Below, in pieces: positions 1 to 12,000 of a stretch of 64,000 nt of DNA. The translations under genes and the position numbers were made by a program. Each line of letters starts with the position of its first letter. Positions within the stretch are counted from its first letter, which is position 1. Source of the DNA: Phoronis australis (Eukaryota; Animalia; Phoronida). The notes beneath the pieces are model-generated. The model was not told the DNA's origin, made no database searches, and saw only the letters and a program-made list of their open reading frames with translations. The DNA lies in contig NMRA01000055.1 in NCBI GenBank assembly GCA_002633005.1, forward strand, positions 576,360 through 640,359, read 5' to 3'.

Positions 1-2
1 GT

Positions 3-335
3 GTCACTGCTGCTGGCTCTCAAGCCAGCACAGAATCATTGGCTCATCGTCAACTTACAATATCGGAAATCACACAGAAATTCAGAGAGCGAGAGTTGAA
101 TTATTACAAAGAAAACAACATCCCCCTTAACGTTGGCCACGGATTTATGCCCCTACGGCCCGTCATCACATCCAGGTTCAATCAACACAGCAAGAACCCC
201 GACTTCAACATTAAGCTTGTTCCGCTGCAGAATGCCCACATAGTCGAAAAACGACGCAGTGGGCAACGAAAACAGGTGAAGCGCGGAACTTCTGACCGAG
301 GAGGCTCAATGGGGGAGATTGTTTTATCAAGGTAA
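3..335 (+). CDS. Possible 3' end of an unidentified gene (frame open from window edge, ends ...GGSMGEIVLSR*)
   Basis: Frame is open for 110 codons from position 3, with higher GC than the flanking DNA. It ends at TAA 333-335 or at a possible AAG|GTAAAC donor. No recognisable domain. Confidence 0.35.
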   Translation, partial: VTAAGSQASTESLAHRQLTISEITQKFRERELNYYKENNIPLNVGHGFMPLRPVITSRFNQHSKNPDFNIKLVPLQNAHIVEKRRSGQRKQVKRGTSDRGGSMGEIVLSR

Positions 336-2747
336 ACGTAGCATTTATGAGTGTAACCCATAGGAGATGGGTTCATGACAAATGATGGAAGTAAATGAAT
401 CGGTACAGCCCCCCTCTCGTATTTTCAAATAAGAAAGCGAGGATGACCCCGTGAGGGCACTCGAAATATTCAAACCACAATCACCATCATTCCCTTTTTG
501 AGCACCGAGTGGCACAAGTAACGCAACCAAGCTTCATACAAAATTCGTCCATTTCCGTGTGACGTTATCGTGCTCATTACTAAATGCCTTTATTTCATGC
601 AAAATACAAAACTATACGTCCAACGGAAAATGAATTGTATCTAATGAGCGTGACTGCAATCCTCGTACAATCTGTTTGCGCTTGTGCATTACGCGCTACA
701 TCGCATTTCCAGCCGGCACTATGAAGTGCTTATTATACAGGTTGGGATAACAGTTGGTATCTATCACAGGATCTGAACTCTGACGACCGTTTTTACAATC
801 GAGATATTTTCTGCCACAGTAGCTAATTTTCTACTCATTTCTTCCCAAAACTACAATTTTAGGACTCCTGAACAAGCTCTACAAATCCGTTACAAACTGT
901 TGCACGAACAGCGACTGAAATTTTGATATGTTTGTTTTTAACTTCAAGCATGAACATTTCATTGCACGTTCGTTCGATACAGTAGTCGTTATTTTCCACA
1001 TGATATAAGTTATGATACAATGTGTAGAAACGTACATGGTGACGTCACACAGAAATGGACGAACTATCGAATGAGCATATTGTGACCTGATGATCCCGAG
1101 TGTCACCTGATCACATAATACTGCGCGTGCACAAGGTCAACAGTGTTATGGAGAAGCGTACTCGTAAACACAGAAACTAAATAGTGATTGTTTACGTTTC
1201 ACAGGTTCACTAATAACTCGAAATTTCCAGGTTTTAATATGAGACGTAAGGATTTGTTCCTTTGCAAGTAAAATGAGGTATAAAACGTGAAATAGGTAGA
1301 AAATAAGTACATAAGACACAAGGGCAGCCCTTTAATACTCTTAAAGAATGGGCGAGCACGTGATATAGAACACAGGATTCGACAGGCCGCACAAGAGAGC
1401 TTGCCAACAGCTTTTAATAAAACAAGTTTGGTTTGGCATTTCTCATTTTTGCGTAATTTATCTTGTTTCTCTTCTTTCAGTTGGGAAGCAAGACCACTTG
1501 AAGCTGGCCTACAAGCCCACGCAAAGAAAATGACGCAGCGTAACGTTACCAAAGGAGGTCATGGCTTGGGATAATTTAAGACCACTCGAGCGTGACACGT
1601 TCGTCTGCTGCCTGAACGTTATTAATAATTCGGATCAACAATCGGTATCATTTTTAGTAAAAATGTGACTCTCGAATTCAGATGTAGAGCCCAATAAAAC
1701 AAAACAAAGTAAAGTGCAAGCATTCTGAATTAAATTCTGTCCAATAACAATGCAAGGTTAATAAAATTACTAATGAAAGCTACGGAATAACAAACACTGC
1801 ATACAACTATTTAGGCAAAAAACGAGTACATACATCACAGTTGGAACAACAGCAACACAATGGGGTGAAATGTGCTAACGGCTTTACCTTAAAAGACTCG
1901 CATCTTGGGGTGTTTGTTAGCATGAAAAATGATTAATAGATGGCGCAACACAGGTCAAACTTGCTCCCTAGAGGGAACTGAGATAAGAGTGAAACAGTTT
2001 ATTAAGCAAAAAAAAACACCCATGAGATCCATTCCGACCACAGTACAACAACAGAAAAGCAAAGTGTTAACATAATGTCTTTTTTCACTGGTGATAGTCA
2101 AAACATCAAATCAAATCAAATCAATCAACACTTGTCATTGAGAAAAACACAATGTCCCAAGGTTATAATCACATTACTTGAACAGGCTCAATAAACTTTT
2201 AACTTTACAACAGTTACGAGGTATATAAGGCAATTTAACCTGAAATTAAATACAAACATAAGTCTGTATAACCTATCTGACAATTCTTCCAGGTTCTCCA
2301 CTGACGACCTCCTGGCCACAGCAACTACCCAGTGGCGGAAAACTACATCATAAATAATGTTTCCTCGAATTAAAAAACTGTAATTTTTTAACTCTTCAAA
2401 AGATCACTGCATTGTTAAAATGATCAAAATTTCAATAGTGTTTGTTGATGAGAGCTGTACAATAGAAACTATCCAAATGATGAAGTAAAGGTTTCTTCCA
2501 GTTCATTTATGTTGAAAATTTCGATGAAATAAAATACGGTGTCAGTCTAAATTTAAGAAACTTTACTGTACACATAAAAGTTGGTCACCGAATCACATCT
2601 CATAAACAAAAATTATATGGACCCTAATGTTCTCATTCCAACATGTAGATGGCTGAGCCACAATCACAACAAAATGAGCACTGCGATGGTGCATCCGTTA
2701 CTACCTAGTCACTTATTTGCAATGATCCACTTTCATCATCATCATCA

Positions 2748-3062
2748 TCACGTTTGCAAACAAGCCAGAAAACTGGCAATTCTGTGTTTGTTGCACTTGC
2801 AGCCACACACGGCTCCATGCTGTCTCATAAATACAGCGACCGTATTGGCCAGCCCGGCAGCCTTCACCGCAGTCACCAACATATCAATCTCTTTTCCTGA
2901 AGAGCTCATTGTCGTATACATGGCCACGGCTTCAGCGAGAATCCGTTTCACTACTGGACAAACTGTACTGTTTTGCAAGAGGCCAGCAACGAGTGATGCA
3001 AAAGTTGTAGATTCAGTCTCCACTGTAGATATTTTAGAGAGCTGCCAGTTTGAAAACCATAC
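2748..3062 (-). CDS. FANCC: FANCC terminal exon
   Basis: attttcag| VWFSNWQLSK...HRIASFLACLQT*; phase-0 join; brings total length close to human FANCC. Confidence 0.7.
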   Translation of the reverse strand, partial: VWFSNWQLSKISTVETESTTFASLVAGLLQNSTVCPVVKRILAEAVAMYTTMSSSGKEIDMLVTAVKAAGLANTVAVFMRQHGAVCGCKCNKHRIASFLACLQT

Positions 3063-6000
3063 CTGAAAATATGTTAGAGATCTTTTGAACAATAAATGCG
3101 TCATCCAACTGTAGGGCAAGTCAAATGGTAAGTGCAACCATTGCATTCTAGGCTCCATTATTCACAATCATCTATTATATAAAATGCATAGTCCACACAA
3201 ATTCTGTCTCCCCCGCTCCACTACAGACCTTCGATGTGCCCGCTTCAGCACTGCCTTTGTCCCAGGAAGTACACCAGGCCGCTATTTAGATTCGAGGTGT
3301 TCTATTTTTTCTTGCAGGCCTTTTTTTCGAGGAGGGAGGGTGGCAAGTTTTGTACTAGCCTTGATGACGACAGTCTGTCGGCTTAATTTCACTCCCTCCA
3401 GCTGTTGTTGTGTACATACTTCACCGGGCCTGTCGCCACCAAATTTAATGATATCATTAAAAGCTAAACTCTTCCTTTGGTAAACTAAATTATTTACCAA
3501 ATGTTGAAAAATTTGGTGTTCTATTAATAATTTGCTGCTGTGGAGTGCTCTTTGGGTCAGCTTTTGGCGCCATGAAATATTGCGTCACCTATTGGCCAAT
3601 TTCCCTGATTCTACAATCAACTATTCTTCTCTTCCATAAGGTTGTGTATGTGTCACAACAATCGGAATTGGTTTCATTTCGTTACAAGTTTTAAGTATTT
3701 GAATACCAGCAAACCCAATTTGCTGCGAAGCTGTCATCATCTCCCAATAGATATCGTTGGAAATGGCACATGTGCGGGTCAGGAGCGCATTGTTTTCACT
3801 GAAAAGGATGAGACTTTTCTTTGTTATACAAAAGGCAGAGAATTACGCAAAAATGGCATTTGTTACATTATTTACTTAAACGGTTGTAACAGTGTGTCGG
3901 TTAATTCCCAGATTCTGCATGCACCCCCGCCGCTTGTTAGCTCTACATATTGATATAAGTTTCACCATGAGGTGACGAACTGAGCTACCCGGGTAATGTA
4001 AAGTTTTGGTGTCTAACGGAGCTCAACAAAAAGCTACCTAGCTTTCTACCCTAGTATGTACATTTGTGATGTGACTTTTGTAAATACATAGTATGCTTCG
4101 TGTACAATGGCAGTATTTTTAAATGCTTCCTTAGTTTTCACTTTAAAGAATATCCGATTATTGTTACGGCAGTGTCAAATGTCAGTTTCAAAAGACCTAT
4201 TGCATGTGAGCGACACCCATGATTTATAATGGTCCGAAAAATTCTAAGCCACTATGCAGACTACCACCTCCAAGCCTAAAATAGTATTTCTAAGAATTTG
4301 TTTGTGAAATAAAAAGCGTAAAAGTTTCACCTCGCATTCCTTTCTTGACCTTGGTTTGTGGTAAAAACACAACACAAAGAAGTCCAATTCTGACACCTGA
4401 AAAGAGATTAACAATCGTAACACATCAATTTTTGAAACAAGCCAGCTGCTCTTTCTTAATAATTTTTACTAATTTCTTATTAAACATAATACTTTTTACA
4501 AACATGAGAAAATGAACAGAAAACATTCATGCCCACATACATTTGCACATGCACACTTGTGGGGGTCATTTACAACTTAGCTAAATAAATTGCCTCAAAA
4601 TAAAAGTTATTAAAATCTTTGAATTTTAGATTTTACAAAAAAAATATTTTTCAATTTTTAAAGAACTTGACTTACCTAAAAACTAAGCACCAACATTGGT
4701 TAATAAGTCTAACAGAGAATCTACTATTTCATAGTCACAAGAAAACAAAAAGTTCCATTAACACGTTGATATTCATTCAAATATAAGAGCTGTAACCATG
4801 AAATACAAGTTTCATGGACAATTTCAAATGAATGCACTTTGCTTACCTTCAACTTCTCTTCAACTATCTTGTGCACTAACTGGTGATAGACTTGTGGAAA
4901 TTGTATCAGATGACACCAGGCCGGAAAGTACTGTCCGTCTTCAACTTGGGATAGCACGTGGCCAATTTTGTCTATGACAATACAAATGTCTGCCGAAAGA
5001 AGACGTAATTATGAAATCTGATACCCCTTTTTGAACTCACATTTGAACTCAGAGTCAGACTGTAGAACTTAAGCAAACTGCTTCTTCTAGAGATGATGCG
5101 TACATTTCAAGTCAAAGCATGTCCAAATACAACATCAATTTCATTTACCATACTTTCCCAAAAAACACCCAGGGTTCTCCCTCAGAGAAAATTTTCAAAA
5201 ATGGTGCAAATTTCACATCTGCCATCATGTTTTTGCATCTCAAGCCTATTTTCTGCTAATTCACAGAAACAACAACAGTTGCACAGTATTATCACTTGTT
5301 GGGTCTGTATGTCACTATCATTTTACAACAGAATCAAAAATAAGCACTAGTATCCAACATTTTAATTGAGCAGCAAATGAGAAAAATAAAACTCAGGCAA
5401 TTCAAACATGGACAAAGATTTTCAAACGTGGCTCAGAACTTCTCAAACACAGTACAGCACCACGTTTGAATACATGTAGCAAGGATAATGAGCACCCCTT
5501 CCCATAAATGGACCAGTCTCTAGCAAGGACAATGAGCACCCCTAACCATAAATGGGCCAGTCTCTAGCTTTTCAGCTCATTACGTCATTTTTTCTCAGGA
5601 AACAGTAAATACTCAAGCAAAGTTTGTCACCATACAATACAACTGGTTACAAGTATAATGTTTTGAGCGAATGACTCTTAAAAGGATGCTAAACCCTATG
5701 TTTTGGTGACTTCACCCAATACTTGTTCTGTCCACTTCTAAACCACCAAAGGTGTCTCACTCGACTAATAAAAGCAACATTCAACTAAAACACTGACTCA
5801 CTGTGTCATATAATGGGTTGCTATGATTTTTGAGGAGTCGTGTATCTCACTTAAAGCGTTAGTCACGTCAAACTTCATAAGGGCTTTTCAAACTTGCTCC
5901 AAACTTTCTCAGGCTGATGTGGGTTACAGGGTATTATTTTATAATACAGGTCAAGATTCGAAAGTCGTTGGCACAAAAACAAGTTTAGTATCTACTTAAC

Positions 6001-9000
6001 TAGAGTACGCATTGTACCCCACGTAAGCAAGTCGAGTATTGTCAATTTGAAGCTTGTGGCAGTGAGTCTAGGAACAACAGCGTTCACAGATGATTCTCCA
6101 AAAGAGGTTCTTTTGTGAGCAGTAATAACAATCAGGTCATGCAGATCAAATTTTCCGAGTGTCCAGGGACCTCGCTAGAAAGCATAGAAGTGCTGAGGTT
6201 TTACTTGAGCTGAGAAGGAATTGTTATTTGGAACCTGAATCTGTGTTTGCACCATGTCCAACATATTATGAACCTGTACCAAAGGAGAAACGTTACTTAA
6301 AAAAAAAGTCAATCTTCATTGGAAAGAAATAATAACTCCTACCTGGCCCTTTACAACCTAACAAGCTGACCAGCTGTCTGTGTTCCCATCTGTACAGTTG
6401 AATGACGGAGAAACATGCCTGAAGGCACAAAACAGACAGTGTAATTAAACAATGAAATCCTGATTCTCACAGTGCAAACAGCAAGATCAAGCATGGAGTT
6501 CACCAAAAGTTCAGACGTTCAGATCACAAATCTAATGCTGTGTTCACATGAGCAGTGTCCCGCCAGAAGTTTGAGCTGTGGTGTTAATACACAAAAAATC
6601 GCTTTAGTCTGAAATTAGTAAAGCTGAAATATTATAAGAAAGTTAATCAATAGGATGTTATCTGGAAACAATCTCCCTAATTCACAAGCACTTATAAAAC
6701 AGATAGCATTTACTTGGCAATCTATGCCCACTAAGTTTATTCCCAATCCATACATAGTTTTTTAACTCTAGTCTGATTCTGTCAGTTTTCACCAAAAATT
6801 CAGAGGAACACCTATTTTCTCAATAGAAAATGCTGTAACTTTTTAAAAGCAAGCCAGTTTGGTGAAATAATGTCACTTGCTTTTAAAACAACAGCAGCAA
6901 GACTAGCTCACCTGTCTACCAACTTCCTGTCTCACTTGTTCACAAAATGTGACATATAAATTGACGAGTGACGTTGGAACGGTTTGGCGCAAATAACTGG
7001 TTAGAATTTGAGCAGCTACCCTCCACAAATTCATGTTTTCGGCACATGCTTTGGGCTGGAAGGAAAGGGTAGATACAGTTATTGAATTCTGATACTATTA
7101 AACTAAAATTCTGGAAAATTTCTAACAACATGCGAAGTTTTCCAACAATATCACTCCTACATAGTTAGTAGTTATATTTTTATTTCTGTCCTGGTTATGC
7201 CACTGTGAGATCTTGTATACATTTTTTTAACCCCAATGTCATAAACTTTTACGTTAGCATGAGAGAACTTCCATTAAGTTGGGTAAATATGAAGTAAGTA
7301 AATTTACAAAAATGGCAGAATATTTCCATGCTATATGATGGTATTTAATGTCAATTTAAAGGTACCTGGAAATTTCCAAAGAGTCTCTAGGAATCTTTTG
7401 CAAAAAAGTGGCAGGGCTAATTTGGAAATTTGTACTGCCACCCAGAGCCTCATCAAACAACTATGGTTTTTAAGTTACGTTCCAAGAGGAAGGCTTGACT
7501 TTTCACTCATGAACCAACTCTTTTTGTGGCAATAGTCGGATATAATATGCCCAAAATTTGAGAACCAGTTTGATGCCTGTAATTCAATGAAGAAAACTGG
7601 TTCTCAAAATGTGGGTAACTTATATCAGACTATTATTCTGTTTACTTGTGACAGGAAGCACGAGTTGCAGGCGCTTGACATTATACACCACACGCTAACC
7701 TCCTCGCCACGAGTCTGTGTACTACAACTAGGAACGCTCTAGGATTTACAAAAGAAACAATTAAGGGTAAAAGTCTAAGCGAAAGCTTTTTGTTATCATT
7801 TAGTATGCTGGGCATCAGAGGTAAATGTGGGCACGATTTCCTGAGCAACTTTTGGACCTTCAAATGACAGGAGATGATCACTGTTACTGGGACCATCTTC
7901 ATTAAAAAGGACTTGAGACTTCATTCAGAAATATGGTTTTATGCTCCACACAACTATATCGTAAAAATGATAATTAATTAAAAATCTCTATTGAGAAATA
8001 GTGCAATGTATCTGACAACATACACATAAGTGTTAGTTATGGAGAAATTTTCTATTGGCTAGTTTTAGACTGTCATGCGCTCATAATAAGTTGACTAAAC
8101 TTCTTTTCAGCAATTGTGAAATGGGAGCATGACACCAAATTTCTGTCTTAAGTCTTAACTTACATTTCATGAAACAAACCAACGGTCAAAATCAAAAGTT
8201 AGTGGTACACTTTTAACTGCGTTAGGTATCTTTACCCATGCACCATGCCATTACTACAGTCACACATCAGTGATCAGATTCATTAAGCAGACCTATAACA
8301 GACTTACCAGCAGTCTAGTAGACAAATGGCACATTACATGTTCCTGACTTATCTCCCCTTGGCACACAGTTTTCACCAAGTCAACAATTTCTCGCTCAAA
8401 ACTCGGTAGGTACATATTCCACATTGCCACTCTGGCCCTATATGATAGAGCAAATGAACAACCTGAAAACAAAACAGATTGATGAGATAAATCAAAACCG
8501 TGTCCACTAGGCTGCACAAAATACTTTAAGCCCGTCCAAAACACGAACGTGTCAATACCTCCCTAATACAGTAAACTGGCAAATTTCGTGAAAATCCATT
8601 GAAGAACTTCCGAGCATGCAGAGGCAATTGTGAAACAATAAAATTGCCACTAGGAGGCACAGCGGTAAATGGATTAGCCCGAAAGAAGATCTTTCAAGGG
8701 GTTTAGGAGATACAGTTGTGTATGCAAAAACACTAAATTGTCACTAGGGGACGCCTCACTACTCGACCCCATTCAAAAATCAATGTCAGTCGTGGTCTTC
8801 TCTGCAGGACACATCTGCCAATATTTATAACAATCCTTTTAGCAGTTTAACAGATAGAGAGGCGGAGGCCAAAAACAAACTCGTAAATAATAAAAATGGT
8901 CACTAGGTGCTGCAGAATAATCAAATTCATTCAAAAATGAGAAGGCGTTGTCATCTCCTTAATAAAACCTATTTGCCAAATTTCATGAAAATCCATCAAG

Positions 9001-12000
9001 GGACTTTGAAGATGCAAACATAAAATACTAAAATTGCCACTAGGGGGCGCAGTGGTCGGTCTGATCCGCTCAAAAATTGTGATCTGATACAGCTAGATCT
9101 GATGACCGGACAGAGATGACAGTGATATCCACCCATATGTGGGCACATGAAAATGAACTGGGAATTGGCTTAATTTTTCCACTAAAATAATGTCAGACTA
9201 CTGTTTTACCGATAGCTTGCTGCATTCATACCATGTATCTAGTGTTTCTCGAATCCAGAAATATAATAGCCACACATTCAACTATTTGAGTACGTCTGCT
9301 GCAAAACTATTGCTGATCAATTTGTGGCCAGAATCATGGAATTCGATGGATTGTATTCTTAATTTTTGGCATCAACTAACTAAAAAATATCAGAATCATA
9401 GTATATACTACTGAAATAAGTGAATTCCACCTAAAACCACTAATTCGTGAAAAAAGTAAATTTCGTGAATTCAGTCCATTTTCCATGTTTATAACAATCA
9501 AAGTCTTTATGTAATCTCAAACAGACACCTGCCTTCTCTACCTCCCTCCATCTGTGTCTTGCAAATTTTTTCAATGAAACCCAACTCATCCTTGGTGAGA
9601 CTGTCGCGCCTTGACAAGTAGACAAGCATTTCTTCCACCAGAGGGAGACACATGGAGAGCTCATGTAGACTTGATGCCAGTGACAGAGTGTACGAGGGTA
9701 GAGGTGTCTTCACTGGGCATGGATAATGACACTGTGTTAACGAGCTCCAACGTCTTGAAGGCGAGCGCAGATACGTTCTAACACTCTCCACAACCTAGAG
9801 ATCAGAGATAGGACTGTCAGTCAGAGTCCACCAGTCAGGCTTAATAAACACGCTAAAATACACTTAATTCAGTACACGTGGCTTATTAACCCAGGTTGCC
9901 ACACTAATATTTTCCCCGTGCTACAACCACGACTCACAATTCATCCATATGAACACCTCAAGCACTCAAGTACTCGATGCGTGAATCATAAATTAAACTA
10001 ATCAAAACTTCCAAAAACTGGTTCCATCTACTGGGAAACAGCGATTGACTGATTCCCCCATTTCGAGAGTCACCCCCCTTCCAATGTTTCTGGACAACAA
10101 CTCATAAGGGCCCTGAACCATGAACCTTATAACAACAAACTCAGACCTGTCAAGCTGCAACAGAACACTGAAGGTGGTGTCTGCACGGTACAATCTCATT
10201 TCATGCCGGGAGTATGACAAAATAGAATTTAAAGACTAACGACATCCAACCCATGGTTCTGGGACCTGGACTTCTCGTCCAGTAAAACTAGCAGAGGGCG
10301 ACACAATCTATATGGAAATCACCCAGTCAGCATTCCTCAGTAGCAGCAGCGCTGGGAAAAAATTACAGGGGGTCGCCAGAGATTTGGATTATGTAATTTG
10401 TGCAACAACCCCTAACGCTCATTATTTCCAATACCTAGGCCAAGATATCTTTTCTTTCTTTCTGTGAATGACTTACAAATACAACACTAAACCAGTGGTA
10501 AACAGTACTCACCAACTGAATGCATTTGCGATTGACATCTGATGCTGTATGACCTGTCTTGGCTTTATCTGATGATCTGTCTCCATAACCCACGCACGAC
10601 ACTGTGCGACGAAACTGCGACTGTAATGAAAACCAGACAACTGTAAAGTGAAGCTTGAAGTCCAGTAGGAGGCGCTGGTGAAACAATGGCTTCATACCCG
10701 CCTAAATACAAGACATCAAGTAGTCACACAAGACTTTTATTATGGTTCCCATAAAACACACTCAAACAGAAAGACACCCTGAAAATATTTTAAAGTTCAA
10801 CTTGTAAAAATTCCACAAAGCAGGATAGGAATTTTTTTTCACAGCCAAGCATCCAGCCATATGTAAGGCAATATATAGGACTCGTCCGGGTTACCACTCA
10901 TGCTCGGCTTATTGCCCACCAATTACATAGAACGAAAAAAAATTTGAACCTTTTTAGACCTGACTTGTATTAATATCGAAACTTCCGGTAATATCAACGT
11001 AAATCGATTGGATCGGTGTTGGTTAGGTGGCATAGCAGACGACTATTTCTCCACCCATTTCATCAGTGTTCACTGGCGCTTGGCCATTTTCGAAAACTAA
11101 TGTCAAGGTTGTTGCCTGGTCCTTGACTGTATTCAATTGCTATGCGCATTGTAGGATAACCAGGTAGTACAAAATGTTGGTCAGGTTACTAAGTCAACGC
11201 GACGAAGGAAAGGGATAAATATGTTTAACAAGAGGGAAAGTTCAAATCCGATTTTGAACAATTGTTGTTCCCATTCGATCTGTGAACCTCGACAGTAGTC
11301 ATATGACTTGTGTATTACGTTCCTTTTACAGGCAATGTTTGTGTAGTGGTGAAGTTTTTCCATCAGGATTAGGTGTGTGACAGTCAATTTAGGCAAGATT
11401 ACAAGTGGCGGGGCCAAACAGCAGTGTGGCAGCCTGCCCAGGTTTTTACACGAAGGGGAAACATTGTAATAACAGCTGGTCTTACCAGTGCCCACTGCTT
11501 GGCTTTCATCCCTGCTGGGGTTTGAGGGTTGTCTCCCCTGAACTTCAGAATGCACTTCATCAACAGGCAATAGGTGTCTCTGTGTTTCAGCAGCACCTTG
11601 TTCCCACAAAGTTGACCAAGCAAGTGACCTAAGCTCGGAATGCGCTTCAACAAAAAATCTACATCAGCCTAGAAACAAGAAATTGTTATGCGTTTAATTG
11701 TTGAAATACAAAGACTTAAAATAACAATAGAAGGATAACTCGCATTGTGAAGATATGTGTAATGAAGTACAATGGCAATGTACAATCAAAGTATCGAGTC
11801 AATAGCAAACATTCGCACAATTTTCATAGGATAATGACTGAAAAGGCGACACAAAAATGAAAGTAATTTTGAATTTTTATCCAATTGATTCTTACGTAGT
11901 TATTGTTTTGAAAAAGGCAACAAAAAATAGCTCACTTTACGAATTTGTCATTTTTAGAAAATCAAAAACAGTTTAACCTTAAGAGCATCTATTTACCAGT

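Noticed and set aside
2733-2750. Poly-selenocysteine tail on FANCC
   Set aside because: FANCC is not a known selenoprotein, the stop position matches the expected protein end, and I see no SECIS.
2581-3066. 161-aa + strand ORF with poly-His
   Set aside because: Antisense shadow of the FANCC last exon; the His run is the (CAT)n complement of the tandem TGA stops.
3184-3500. ORFs between the last two FANCC exons
   Set aside because: No phase-0 acceptor gives an open exon, no similarity recognised, and the region overlaps an interspersed repeat end.
6150-6273. Extra FANCC exon after acceptor-like ggtacag at 6274
   Set aside because: Hits TAA within three codons in the required phase; exon 6343 joins cleanly to 4989.
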